From assembly GCA_964633975.1 (NCBI GenBank), contig CAZWKX010000001.1, positions 63,969 through 127,968 of the forward strand: DNA of 64,000 nt, given 5' to 3'. The notes beneath the pieces are model-generated. The model did no database searches and was not told where the DNA came from. It worked only from the letters and a program-made list of their open reading frames with translations. The DNA comes from an uncultured Acidimicrobiia bacterium. GTDB lineage: Bacteria > Actinomycetota > Acidimicrobiia > Spongiisociales > UBA11373. Position 1 is the first letter of the stretch, and every line of letters begins with the position of its first letter. Positions 8,297 to 17,899 of the stretch are shown here, piece after piece. The position numbers were made by a program, and so were the translations under genes.

Positions 8297-9388
8297 GTGC
8301 CAAAGGATCTCGATGAGCTGCGCGAACGCATCCGCCGCATCGACGACCAGATACTCCGCCTGGTAGCCGAGCGCCTCGAGGCGGCGCGCGCCGCCGGCCG
8401 TCAGAAGCGAGAAGCCGGCGTGCCGCTGCGCGACTGGGACGTGGAGCGGGCAGTGCTGGACCGAGCCGCCCAGACCGCTGCCGAGCTTGGCCTCTCCCCA
8501 ACGACGGTCCGCTCGCTCATACAAGTGCTCATCGCCGCGGCCCGGGCAGAGCAGGAGCGCATCTCGTACTCCACCTACCAAGGCTCAGCCGAGAGCATCG
8601 CCGTCATCGGCGGCGAAGGCCGCATGGGGCGCTGGTTCGTCGATTTTTTTCGCAACCAAGGTCACCGAGTCTCGGTAAGCGATCCCGCCGATCCCGACAG
8701 CGCCTCCCTCGAGAATGCGACGGCCGGCACATCGCTCGCCGTCATCGCCACTCCCCCGGATGCCGTCCCCGGGGTGCTCGACCGCCTCGCTTCCTCCGGC
8801 TACCGGGGCACCGCCTTCGATATCGCCAGCCTCAAGGAGCACCTCCGTCCCGCGATCACCAGGGCCGCCGAGTCCGGGCTCTCGGTGACGAGCATCCACC
8901 CCATGTTCGGTCCCGACACGAAGACGCTGGCCGACCACGTCATCTGTGTGTGCGACTGTGGGGACACCCAGGCCGCCCACCGAGTCCGCGACCTCTTCAC
9001 CGACACCGCCGCCACGATCGTGGAGCTGTCCCTGGAAGAGCACGACCGCGTGATCCTCTACGTGCTCGGGCTCTCGCACCTGGTCAATCTCCTGTTCGCC
9101 AAGGTGCTGATGAACGGGAACGCCGAGTTCGCCAGCCTCGACCGGGTGGGCAGCACGACGTTCCGCGCCCAGGTGGAGACGGCCAGCACGGTCATCGGGG
9201 AGGATCCCGGGCTCTACTACATGATCCAGCGGCTGAACCCGTTCACCGCGGGCCTGTACGAAGCGCTCCGCCGCGAGTTCGACGAGCTGTCCGGATGGAT
9301 CCTCGACGACGATCGCGAGCACTTCACCGAGATGATGATGCGGGGCCGCGAATGGATGAGACGCCCCGAGGACCCCACCGGCGGATAG
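8297..9388 (+). CDS. tyrA: Bifunctional chorismate mutase / prephenate dehydrogenase (TyrA, T-protein-like)
   Basis: 363 aa with GTG start. N-terminal AroQ chorismate-mutase helix bundle (LDELRERIRRIDDQILRLVAERLEAARAAGRQK), then Rossmann IAVIGGEGRMGRWF and a prephenate-dehydrogenase core. Confidence 0.85.
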   Translation: MPKDLDELRERIRRIDDQILRLVAERLEAARAAGRQKREAGVPLRDWDVERAVLDRAAQTAAELGLSPTTVRSLIQVLIAAARAEQERISYSTYQGSAESIAVIGGEGRMGRWFVDFFRNQGHRVSVSDPADPDSASLENATAGTSLAVIATPPDAVPGVLDRLASSGYRGTAFDIASLKEHLRPAITRAAESGLSVTSIHPMFGPDTKTLADHVICVCDCGDTQAAHRVRDLFTDTAATIVELSLEEHDRVILYVLGLSHLVNLLFAKVLMNGNAEFASLDRVGSTTFRAQVETASTVIGEDPGLYYMIQRLNPFTAGLYEALRREFDELSGWILDDDREHFTEMMMRGREWMRRPEDPTGG

Positions 9389-9416
9389 CCGCCGGTCTCA
9401 CCCGGGAGCCCGGGGC
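9381..9416. terminator. Two adjacent GC hairpins between convergent tyrA and radical-SAM genes (putative bidirectional terminator)
   Basis: GGCGG-ATAG-CCGCC (9381-9394, includes the tyrA TAG stop) followed by CCCGGG-AG-CCCGGG (9401-9414). Confidence 0.3.
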
Positions 9417-9447
9417 AGGTCACACCCACCCGTGAGCGCGGAGCAGA

Positions 9448-10314
9448 TCACGCGGGACGCTGCCAACCGGCGGCGTGCCGCAGGTGCTTGGCGAAGTCGA
9501 ACGAGGCCCGCTCGAGCACGGCGTCGAGATCCTCGACATCGAGAAAGGGACCGTAGCTCACATACCTGTCGCCGACCGGGACCGTGAGGGTGCCGTCCGG
9601 GAACACCATGACGTAGAGCCTGTCGAGTGTCTCATGGCTCAGCCAGCTGATGCTGAAGAGGTGAGGAGTGGTCCCCACGCGCTCCTGCAGCTCGACGAAC
9701 TCGGCGGAGCTCACAACCAAGTCCTCCCAACTCACGTCCGCGCTCATCGAGCGAGGAAACGCCTGGAACACGTTGTAGAACAGGCGATTGGGCATGACTG
9801 CAGCCCGTCTGTCGAACAGCGCCACGATGTCGGGAACATGGTCGATGTTGTGCCGAGTCACCGGAGTCGCCACCTTGACGTCGACCGCCGGGTGCAGGGC
9901 CAGGATGTCGAGGGCCGCCATCACAGCGGTGAAGTGGCCGGCCTTCTTAGTCCGGGAGGACACCTCCTCGTTGGGCCCGTCCAGCGGGAGCGAGATGAGG
10001 TCGATGCAGGAGGCGTAGTTGTCGAGGAACCCGGCGGTCAGCTCGTCGCCGGTTGTGGAAAGGGCCACTTCCAGCCCGATATCGTCGGCCAGCCTCACGA
10101 GCGAGCCGATGTCGGCCCGCTTGAGTGGATCACCGCCGGTGAACACGACACGCCGGGCCCCGCTGGCGGCGATGCGGGCCACGATGGCCTCGGCCGTCTC
10201 GGTATCGACCTCTTCGACACCCTGAGGACCCCAGCAGTACACGCACTCCTCGTTGCACTCCGAGGTGACGTGGAAGTCGATGGTGGCCAGCCGAGGCATG
10301 TGACCCGATCCCAC
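9448..10314 (-). CDS. Radical SAM protein, single-cluster (no SPASM/twitch cysteines), MoaA/viperin-like motif
   Basis: 288 aa. CX3CX2C in IDFHVTSECNEECVYCWGP and GG[DE]P-type SAM motif VVFTGGDPL. Only one further Cys in the C-terminal 220 aa. Confidence 0.85.
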   Translation of the reverse strand: MGSGHMPRLATIDFHVTSECNEECVYCWGPQGVEEVDTETAEAIVARIAASGARRVVFTGGDPLKRADIGSLVRLADDIGLEVALSTTGDELTAGFLDNYASCIDLISLPLDGPNEEVSSRTKKAGHFTAVMAALDILALHPAVDVKVATPVTRHNIDHVPDIVALFDRRAAVMPNRLFYNVFQAFPRSMSADVSWEDLVVSSAEFVELQERVGTTPHLFSISWLSHETLDRLYVMVFPDGTLTVPVGDRYVSYGPFLDVEDLDAVLERASFDFAKHLRHAAGWQRPA

Positions 10315-10354
10315 CAGAGTGTACAGATCCCGCCCGCCGCCCCGGCATCAGGTC

Positions 10355-10966
10355 TCAGGCCCGCAGCAGGTAGATGCCGAAGGTCGAGCCGGCGGCGCCT
10401 GTTTGGCGCTCGACCACCAGCCCCGCATCCCGGGCCAGGCCGGGCACCCCGCCTGAGGCACGGAACGAGCGATACCCGGGCAGGTGGCCGCTGAGCGCCT
10501 CCAACCCAACACTCAGGACCCGGGCCGCCCCGGCTCTGAGCCCGCGCGCCGGCCCAGGATCGTGGTCGATCACGAGAACCCGCCCTCGGTGCCCTGCGAC
10601 CCGAGCCATCTCCCCAAGAGCGGCGCTGCGCCCATCCGCCGGGAGGGCGTGCAGCAGCGTCGCCGCCAGCACCAGATCGAAGGTGCCGGAGGCGAACGGG
10701 AGCCGAGCAGCATCTGCACATATGAGGGGGGCGTCACCCCCGAGTCGACGCCGGGCCTCCCCAAGCATGGCGCCGGACGTGTCGACTCCGAACACTCGGC
10801 AGCCCGCCTCGGCGTAGAGCGAGAGGTGGGCCCCGGTGCCACAGCCCACGTCGAGCACGGCCATGCCCGGCCGAGAAGGCGCCAGATCGAGCCCGGCACG
10901 GCGAAGGCCGCCGACAAAAGATCCGAGAAGTGGCTCGTAGAGCCGGGCGATCAGCGAGGCAGGCAC
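10355..10966 (-). CDS. Class I SAM-dependent methyltransferase
   Basis: 203 aa. Motif I VLDVGCGTGAHLSLYAEAGCRVFGVDTS, then an acidic-loop and motif II pattern. Ends 40 nt before the radical-SAM start (same strand). Confidence 0.85.
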   Translation of the reverse strand: MPASLIARLYEPLLGSFVGGLRRAGLDLAPSRPGMAVLDVGCGTGAHLSLYAEAGCRVFGVDTSGAMLGEARRRLGGDAPLICADAARLPFASGTFDLVLAATLLHALPADGRSAALGEMARVAGHRGRVLVIDHDPGPARGLRAGAARVLSVGLEALSGHLPGYRSFRASGGVPGLARDAGLVVERQTGAAGSTFGIYLLRA

Positions 10967-11054
10967 GAACCGAATTCAACCACCACCGGCCCGGCCCGGC
11001 AGGCAGGCCGCGTTGAGGGTCTGCCATCACGGAGACGCCAAGCGCCCGATCGCC

Positions 11055-11510
11055 CTACCAGATGTGAGGGCTCCAGTCGGCGGCCATGTCGGCACTGCAA
11101 TCCTGGAGCTCGGCCCGCCCGTAGAGGATCGCTTCGTCGGCAGCCCGATACACGGCATACCACTCCCCGCCGGCGGACTGTCCGAACAGACAGATCTCGT
11201 CGTTCTCCGGGCTCTCTCCGAGGCGCAGGGCAACCGTGCCCACCGGGTGTTCGGGCGAGTAGTAGACGACGACGGGCTCCAAGGGCTCTAGGAGACTGGT
11301 GTCATCGGTGTACTCGCCGTTCTCGAGGTAATACAGCTCGACGGCCAGCAAGCCCGAGCGAAGGTCGGCCTGTATCTCCTTCTCGCGTGCTCTATCGACG
11401 ATCCCGGCGAACACCGGGGTCGCCACCGCCACCAACACTCCGATGATGAGCACGACGATCATCATCTCGACGAGCGTGAAGCCCTGTTCCGCCTTCCTCA
11501 GCGCCCGCAT
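11055..11510 (-). CDS. Type IV pilin / pseudopilin-like protein (prepilin-type N-terminal cleavage/methylation domain)
   Basis: 151 aa. MRALRKAEQG|FTLVEMMIVVLIIGVLVAVATPVF is the canonical class III signal (G|F, Glu+5, hydrophobic helix). Confidence 0.75.
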   Translation of the reverse strand: MRALRKAEQGFTLVEMMIVVLIIGVLVAVATPVFAGIVDRAREKEIQADLRSGLLAVELYYLENGEYTDDTSLLEPLEPVVVYYSPEHPVGTVALRLGESPENDEICLFGQSAGGEWYAVYRAADEAILYGRAELQDCSADMAADWSPHIW

Positions 11511-11592
11511 GCCTCACCTTTCGGCGAATCGTGCCCGGTCTCTTGACGGCAAGACTCCTTACGGTCGCGTCAAAAGGAGATGCAGGAAGTGA

Positions 11593-12066
11593 CTAGTCAC
11601 CGGCGGCTCGCGTGATCGCCCGGTCGGCGACCGGCACCGACATCACCACACCGGTGACAGTGTCACCGTAGCGCCAGAGCGGGCGGAGCACCCGCTCCAG
11701 GTCAGTCACCGTAGCCACGACGACCCGCAGCAGATAGGTCTCCGCTCCGGTGACCCGGTAAACGTCCAGGATCTCGGGAATGGTGCGGGCAAAGGCAACG
11801 AACTCCTCGTCGATGTCGGGGGGGCCGGCAACGCTCATCCGGACGAACGCTTGCACGGTGAAGCCGAGACGTGCCGGGTCGACGACGGCGCGATACCCGG
11901 CGATGATCCCCAACTCCTCAAGCCGGCGGACCCGGGCCGTCACCGCCGGCGCGCTGAGCCCGACCCGCCGGCCCAGCTCGCGAAAGCCCACCCTGCCGTC
12001 AAGCTGCAACTCGCCCAGGATGCTCCAGTCGATGTCATCGAGCCGCATGCCTCCTCCTTTGAACAC
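11593..12066 (-). CDS. Lrp/AsnC family transcriptional regulator
   Basis: 157 aa. HTH LDDIDWSILGELQLDGRVGFRELGRRVGLSAPAVTARVRRLEELGII followed by a RAM domain. Confidence 0.9.
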   Translation of the reverse strand: MFKGGGMRLDDIDWSILGELQLDGRVGFRELGRRVGLSAPAVTARVRRLEELGIIAGYRAVVDPARLGFTVQAFVRMSVAGPPDIDEEFVAFARTIPEILDVYRVTGAETYLLRVVVATVTDLERVLRPLWRYGDTVTGVVMSVPVADRAITRAAGD

Positions 12067-12513
12067 GCGCTACTCACGGCCCGAGGCCCTGTGCACGTCG
12101 GCACAAGTCATTTTCGTCAGGCGATTCGGCTCATTTGCCTTACATAATGGCCGCAATTACCCAAGATTAGCACCGGAATCGCTGGTCGAGCCGACCTCAT
12201 CCAACGCGAAGCGCGCTTGAATTGAGCCTCGAGAGCGTGACTGCAGTCGCCCCTGAATTGGCGCCTTCGGAGTCCACACCAAAAGACGATCTTCATGCGG
12301 TGTGGACCTTGCTGCGCACGTGGCATCAATACCAGGTGCTCAAGGGACTCGGTGCTCCGATGCACGAAGTCGCCGAAGCCCACGGGGCGTTGCAGCAGGC
12401 GAGAACGGACCTCCACCGTTGTCGCCGTTCACTCTCGAGCTGACCCCTCCCCTCGTCAGCCAGGACCGGAGCCCGCCAGGGCTCCGGTCCTTTTGGCGCC
12501 GGGTCCGGCCCAC

Positions 12514-13437
12514 CTAGCTGCTCGTCGCCGGCTCGACGATGGAGAACATGCCCGTTGCGGCATCGAGGCGCGCTCTCACACCGAGCGGAACGGTCTGCTG
12601 GTGCCGCTCATGCCCCAGCGGCAGCCCGTAGAGCACGGGGATGCCCAGCCCCCCGAGCCGATCCTCCAGCACGGCCAACAGGTCATCTGTGGAGCCGTTC
12701 TCCAGCACCGTGTCGCCGAAGACCACGCCGGAGGCCTGGGCCAGCAGCCCGGCTCGCAGCAACTGGGTGAGCATGCGGTCGATGCGGTAGGCGGGCTCGC
12801 TCACGTCCTCGAGCAAGACGATCGCTCCATCCAGGTTGGGCTGGTCCGCCGTCCCCACCGAAGCGGCCAGTAGCGCCAGATTCCCGCCCAGCAACGGCCC
12901 CTCGGCCTCCCCTCCGACCAACGTGACCGGCCGCGCCGCGCCCGCCGGCACCAGCACTTCGCCGATGGCCCCCTCCTCCATGACGGCTCGCCGCAACGAC
13001 TCGGCCGAAGCCTCGCCCGTGCGCTCGCCACGCCACGACAGCCCGGGACCATGGAAAGTGACGAGGCGCATCCGACGCCACAGGGCTAGGTGCAGAGCGG
13101 TGATGTCACTGAATCCGACGACCACCTTGGGCAAGACGGAGCCCAGATCGAGATCATCGACTATACGCTGGACGCCGTAGCCCCCGCGGGCCGCAAAGAC
13201 TCCGGCCACCGATGCATCGAAGAGGGCGTCCCGGAGATCTGCAAGGCGAGAAGCATCGGATCCGGCCAGATACCCGGATCGCTCGTACAGGTGGGGCATC
13301 TCCACCGGCTCTAGTCCCCACGACCGGGCGAGATCGAGACCGACGGCGACCGGCTCCGCATCCGCCGGTCCCGACGGCGCCACCACCGCGACACGATCAC
13401 CGGGACGCAGACGCGGGGGTTTGACAGGCCGCTGCAC
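12514..13437 (-). CDS. LD-carboxypeptidase (peptidase S66, LdcA-like)
   Basis: Motifs LRPGDRVAVVAPSGP, GGYGVQRI, VVGFSDITALH and LGLPLGH. ORF runs to 13758, but the first ~107 codons have junk-like composition. In-frame GTG at about 13437 is taken as the start. Confidence 0.75.
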   Translation of the reverse strand: MQRPVKPPRLRPGDRVAVVAPSGPADAEPVAVGLDLARSWGLEPVEMPHLYERSGYLAGSDASRLADLRDALFDASVAGVFAARGGYGVQRIVDDLDLGSVLPKVVVGFSDITALHLALWRRMRLVTFHGPGLSWRGERTGEASAESLRRAVMEEGAIGEVLVPAGAARPVTLVGGEAEGPLLGGNLALLAASVGTADQPNLDGAIVLLEDVSEPAYRIDRMLTQLLRAGLLAQASGVVFGDTVLENGSTDDLLAVLEDRLGGLGIPVLYGLPLGHERHQQTVPLGVRARLDAATGMFSIVEPATSS

Positions 13438-13618
13438 ACATCGACGGTAACGCCTCGACGGTGGCCAGCCGCTACAGGCCGGTTCGCGGCTCGCCGGCGC
13501 CCATGGCCATGACTTCAGCACCCCGACACTTGGCCGATTTCGGCTGCGGGCCGCGGAGGCGCCACAGCGGTCGGGCGCGCCGCATCGAGCGGCTCCGAGC
13601 AACAGGTCGGCTCCGGCA

Positions 13619-14040
13619 TCACATGCGCCCCCGCCGCCGAGGCTCCACACGAGGCTGGCGGTCGCCAACAGGCCGGCGGTGGCGCCGAGCACCACCGCCG
13701 CAGGGCTTGAACCCGACGACCGGGCTGCGAGCTCCGGTGAGGACGGTCCAGGCACCAACCACGACCAGGAAGCCGGCCGACAGCCGGTAGACGAGATCGG
13801 CTGCGGCCTCGGCGACGGCCGACACGGTCACGGCTATCACCAGGACGGCCACGAACCACATAGCGAGCGCCTCGGCCACCCACTCCGTGACGAGGACCCA
13901 GCGGTTGTCCTTGAACAGGTCGCCAAAGCCGCTAACCACGGCCTTGGTCGGGATCACGTGTGCCGTGCCCCACAGGAGGACCAGCTCGGCGGCGGTGTAG
14001 GCAAGTATCCCCGCCGTGCCGGCATCCTTGACTGCCGAGA
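13619..14040 (-). CDS. Hypothetical small membrane protein (boundaries uncertain)
   Basis: About 95 aa hydrophobic core (...LVLLWGTAHVIPTKAVVSGFGDLFKDNRWVLVTEWVAEALAMWFVAVLVIAVTV...) with about 90% GC3. No clear ATG. May overlap the lhgO start. Confidence 0.3.
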
Positions 14041-15266
14041 TTCCGCCTATCGTGCAGCCCGTGGAAGACCGCTGCGACTTTGCAGTCGTCGGTGCCGGCA
14101 TCGTCGGCCTCGCCGCCGCCAGCGCTCTACACGGACGCCGCCCCGGAGCCCTCAACGTGGTGCTGGAGGCCGAGGACCATCTCGGCGCCCATCAGACGGG
14201 GCACAACAGCGGCGTCCTCCACTCCGGCCTCTCGTACCGACCCGGCTCGGACAAGGCGCTTCTCTGCGTCGAAGGGGCTCGCCGGCTCGCCCTGTTCTGT
14301 GAGCAGGAGGGTCTTCCACTGCGCCGCTGCGGCAAGATCGTCGTCGCCGTCGACCGGGAAGATGTGGCTCTGCTCGACGAGATGGAAGGCCGCGGCCGGG
14401 CCAACGGCCTCAGCGGCTTGCGGCGGGTCGGCATCGACGAGCTGAAGGAACGGGAGCCGCACGTCACCGGCATCGAAGGGCTCATCGTCCCCGAAGCCGG
14501 TGTGGTCGATTTTGTCGCGGTGGCCCGGCGCCTGGCCCGGAACCTGGAGGCCGAGGGGCACCGGGTGCTGCTGGGGCAGCGTGTGATTCGCCTGGTTGCG
14601 CTTCCGGACGGATGGGAGATCGTGTGCGCGTCCGGGCTGCGGCTTCACGCCAAAGCGGTGGCCAACTGCGCCGGCCTGCAGTCGGATCGTGTGGCACGCC
14701 TCGCCGGGGAGACGCCACCGGTGCAGATCGTGCCCTTCCGCGGCGAGTACTACCGGCTCACCCCCGACGCCGAGCATCTGGTGAGACACTTGATCTACCC
14801 GGTGCCCAGGCCCGGCCTGCCCTTCCTGGGGGTCCATTTCACCCGGCGCCTCGACGGCGACGTCGACGTGGGGCCGAGCGCACTTCTGGCCCTGGGACGC
14901 CACCACTACCGGGGCGAGCCGGTCGACTGGCGCGACCTCGGCCAGATGATCCGGTTCGGCGGCTTTTGGCGCCTCACTCTCCGCTACTGGCGCCTCGGAT
15001 CAGCCGAGCTGCTGCGCTCGCGCAGCAAGGCGCTGTACGCCCGCGCCGCCCGGCGCCTGGTCGCCGAGGTGCAAACCGACGATCTCGAAGTGGCCGGCTC
15101 GGGGATCCGAGCCCAGGCCGTCGACGGTAAAGGCCGCCTCGTCGACGACTTCGTGGTTGTCGCCGGGCCCGGCCTGGTCAACGTGCTCAACGCCCCTTCT
15201 CCTGCGGCGACGGCCGCGCTCGCCATAGGCGACCGTATCGCCGACCTGGTCGCGCCGCAGGACTGA
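14016..15266 (+). CDS. FAD-dependent oxidoreductase, L-2-hydroxyglutarate oxidase/dehydrogenase (LhgO)-like
   Basis: 416 aa. FAD Rossmann DFAVVGAGIVGLAAA and HQTGHNSGVLHSGLSY motif typical of the LhgO/DAO family. Start may be a GTG about 40 nt downstream. Confidence 0.8.
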   Translation: MPASLTAEIPPIVQPVEDRCDFAVVGAGIVGLAAASALHGRRPGALNVVLEAEDHLGAHQTGHNSGVLHSGLSYRPGSDKALLCVEGARRLALFCEQEGLPLRRCGKIVVAVDREDVALLDEMEGRGRANGLSGLRRVGIDELKEREPHVTGIEGLIVPEAGVVDFVAVARRLARNLEAEGHRVLLGQRVIRLVALPDGWEIVCASGLRLHAKAVANCAGLQSDRVARLAGETPPVQIVPFRGEYYRLTPDAEHLVRHLIYPVPRPGLPFLGVHFTRRLDGDVDVGPSALLALGRHHYRGEPVDWRDLGQMIRFGGFWRLTLRYWRLGSAELLRSRSKALYARAARRLVAEVQTDDLEVAGSGIRAQAVDGKGRLVDDFVVVAGPGLVNVLNAPSPAATAALAIGDRIADLVAPQD

Positions 15267-15560
15267 ACACGGTCGCTCCCCCACCCCCTCGGATCGACGC
15301 ACAGTAACGACGGTCATGGTTCCCCATCGCTGGGGGTCGAAGGCCCCTGGACCCGCCGCGCAACGAGACGCATCATCGATCCATGAGCGAATTGGAGCGC
15401 GTCCTTCAGCGGCTGGCGCGACTCCTGAGGGGCGAGGAGGACAGGCCGCCGGCGGCGGACTGCGGCGAGCAGCTGCAGATGCCGGCGCTGGACGAGTCGA
15501 CGGCCGATCGCCCTGGCAAGACAGCACCAGACCTCAGCGATCCCGGCGCTGCAAGCTCGG

Positions 15561-17789
15561 CTACACGATGATCTCGCAGCTGCTGTAGCTCGAGGCCTGC
15601 GTGCAGTAGTCCGTGGCGGTGCCGCCGATGTCGGTATCGGTGCCCGACCCACCGTACAGCTCGTCGGCGCCCCCATTACCGCGCAGGGTGTCGTTGCCGC
15701 TGCCGCCGTAGAGCAGGTCGTTTCCGGTGCCGCCGCTGATGGAGTCGTTGTGGTCGTTGCCGTAGAGCTTGTCGTCGTCGCCGCCGCCATCGATGACGTC
15801 GTCGCCCAAACCGCCGCGGATCTTGTCTCTGCCGCTGTTCCCGACGATGTCGTCGTCGCCGGCGCCACCCTTGATGCGATCCCGGCCCGCGCCTCCCCTG
15901 ATGACGTCGGTGCCCCTTCCCCCGTTGATCTTGTCCGTGCCCTGGTTGCCCATGATCACGTCAAAGCCATCGTCGGCGATGATGGTGTCATTGCCCTTTC
16001 CGCCGGAGATGGTGTCGTTGCCGTCGCCGCCACAGATGAGATCGTTGCCGTCCAGGCCGCTGATCTCATCGTCGCCGTCCAGGCCGCTGATCACATCCCG
16101 GCCGCCGGTGCCGACGAGCACGTCATCGCCCGCCGTGCCCACGATGGTGGCCGGTCGCCCGTTGCAGGTCTCCGAGGGCGGAGCGCCCAGGTCGAGGACG
16201 CCGATGCCGTACTCGTTGTCGGGGCCCGCCGGGCCGGCGTCATGAGTCCGGCTGGCCACCGCGGCGCGCAGCTCCGCCGGCGACATCCACGGATAGACCG
16301 AGAGCAGCAAGGCCGCCGCCCCGGCGGCGTGGGGCGACGAGGCCGAGGTGCCGCCGAACGACCCGTAGGTGAAGTTGGCTACGCCGTCCGGCCCCGAGAC
16401 ATCGGGTTTGGTCCGGCTGTCGATCGTGGGGCCCTCCGAGGAATACGGCTCGACGGCTCCACTTCCATACCAGACTGCCCCGACCGAGTAGATGTTGGGC
16501 ACCGTCGAGTTGTCGTTGAGGCTGCGCGACGTGACGAAGTACTCCAGGTCGTCGGGGCTGAGCACAAACACGTCCATGTCGGGCGTCGCCGACCCGGCGT
16601 CGCCGCGCCGAATCTCGATGGCATACGTGCGTGCTCCCCCCGTCGGGTTCGTGTAATCGATCACCTCCGTCGGGGGCTGAGTGCCGGTCTGGGGGCCGGT
16701 GGACCAATCGACCTCGGCGCCCCCTCCGGTGATGTCGAGGAGGTAGAGGTCGAAGTCGTTGCCGGATGTGGGCCATTCGTCCCACTTGAGGGCGACGTAC
16801 ACCCGGTCGCCTCCGTCGACAGTGAAGGTGTCGCGCTCGTCGGCGCCGGAGAACTCATGGATGCCGTTACCACCGGGCCCGGGCTCGCTGTCGCTGAAGT
16901 TGCCCGACCAATGGCGCAGCGCGTAGTTGCCAGCCGAGTTGAACCAGGCGATGCCGTAGCTCTCCGCCTTGTTCGACAGCGTGAGGAAGGGCCCGGTGCC
17001 GTCGCCCCGCTCGGTGTTGAACCAGCCCACCGAGTGGTTGATGACGTCGACGCCTTGGGCGTCCATGTAGTCGAGCGCTGTGTTGATGTCGGAGATCTCG
17101 TCGACGCAGATGAGATAGAGCTGGGCGTCCGGAGCCATCTCATGTACCACCTCGGCCACCGCGGTGCCGTGCGGGGTGCCCCCGCCGATGCCGGCGGAGC
17201 AGTAGTTCTGGGTGGTGAGCGAGGCGGGAAGGTCGCCGCTGGCCTGCGCCGCGGCGAGCTCCTTAAAGCCGAGGTCGAGGACGGCAACCTTGACGCCGGC
17301 GCCGGTGATGCCGGCGCCGTGCCAGTCGTCGGCGTCGGTGAAAGCCACTCCCTGGCCGGTCACAGCCTCGGCGATGGGCTGCACCGGGGACTGGACCCAT
17401 CGCACCGCAGCGTCCTCGGAGAGCGCCTGCAGCGACCCAAGCGGCACCACCGCCGCAATGAAACCCAGCCCGCCGCCCGAATGGGTGACCTCACCCCCGA
17501 CGACCTGAACGGCGGCAACCGCAGCCGCCTCATCGCCGGCCGGATACACCTCGACGGCGACGTTGCCGGCATCCACGTCCAACCCCAGGCCCTCGGCAAA
17601 GGCCAGGCCCGCCGACGCCCCCTGCTCGGCCACAGCCTGCTGGGCGCGGTAGAGCCGGGAATCGAGTCCGGGTGGATTGGTCTTGGCGGAGGCACCCTCG
17701 TCTGCATAACCCGTCGCCGGGAGCACGGCGAGCAGAGCGATGGCGGTCGAGAGCAGAACGGTCTTGCGGAGGGTGGGGAAACGCCTCAT
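15561..17789 (-). CDS. Secreted subtilisin-like serine protease (S8) fused to C-terminal RTX/hemolysin-type Ca-binding repeats
   Basis: Start taken at MRRFPTLRKTVLLSTAIALLAVLPATGYA (signal). S8 triad contexts VAVLDLGF, HGTAVAEV and GTSASSPHAAGAAALL. C-terminal ~200 aa of GGxGxD nonapeptide repeats (GGDGNDTISGGKGNDTI...). Confidence 0.85.
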   Translation of the reverse strand: MRRFPTLRKTVLLSTAIALLAVLPATGYADEGASAKTNPPGLDSRLYRAQQAVAEQGASAGLAFAEGLGLDVDAGNVAVEVYPAGDEAAAVAAVQVVGGEVTHSGGGLGFIAAVVPLGSLQALSEDAAVRWVQSPVQPIAEAVTGQGVAFTDADDWHGAGITGAGVKVAVLDLGFKELAAAQASGDLPASLTTQNYCSAGIGGGTPHGTAVAEVVHEMAPDAQLYLICVDEISDINTALDYMDAQGVDVINHSVGWFNTERGDGTGPFLTLSNKAESYGIAWFNSAGNYALRHWSGNFSDSEPGPGGNGIHEFSGADERDTFTVDGGDRVYVALKWDEWPTSGNDFDLYLLDITGGGAEVDWSTGPQTGTQPPTEVIDYTNPTGGARTYAIEIRRGDAGSATPDMDVFVLSPDDLEYFVTSRSLNDNSTVPNIYSVGAVWYGSGAVEPYSSEGPTIDSRTKPDVSGPDGVANFTYGSFGGTSASSPHAAGAAALLLSVYPWMSPAELRAAVASRTHDAGPAGPDNEYGIGVLDLGAPPSETCNGRPATIVGTAGDDVLVGTGGRDVISGLDGDDEISGLDGNDLICGGDGNDTISGGKGNDTIIADDGFDVIMGNQGTDKINGGRGTDVIRGGAGRDRIKGGAGDDDIVGNSGRDKIRGGLGDDVIDGGGDDDKLYGNDHNDSISGGTGNDLLYGGSGNDTLRGNGGADELYGGSGTDTDIGGTATDYCTQASSYSSCEIIV

Positions 17790-17899
17790 CTCTCCTCTAT
17801 CGGATCGTGAGGGTTGAAGGATAGAGCACAACCACCCTACGTAGGCAACTCCCCACCGCTTGCGGCCGGGATTCCTGCGGTTAGCGTTGACGCTAGATC

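Noticed and set aside
13438-13758. 107-codon N-terminal extension of the LD-carboxypeptidase ORF.
   Set aside because: Its composition is junk-like (S/G/A/R/C/W-rich) and has no homology logic. The conserved S66 domain begins right after an in-frame GTG.
15750-17810. 686-aa plus-strand ORF opposite the S8 protease-RTX gene. Similar long antisense ORFs occur at 24020-26377 opposite dnaE2, 38233-40107, 41496-43823 and 51027-53279 opposite pnp.
   Set aside because: These are typical high-GC shadow ORFs. Their translations are Arg/Gly/Pro/His-rich with no recognisable motifs, and each is antisense to a gene with strong family signatures.
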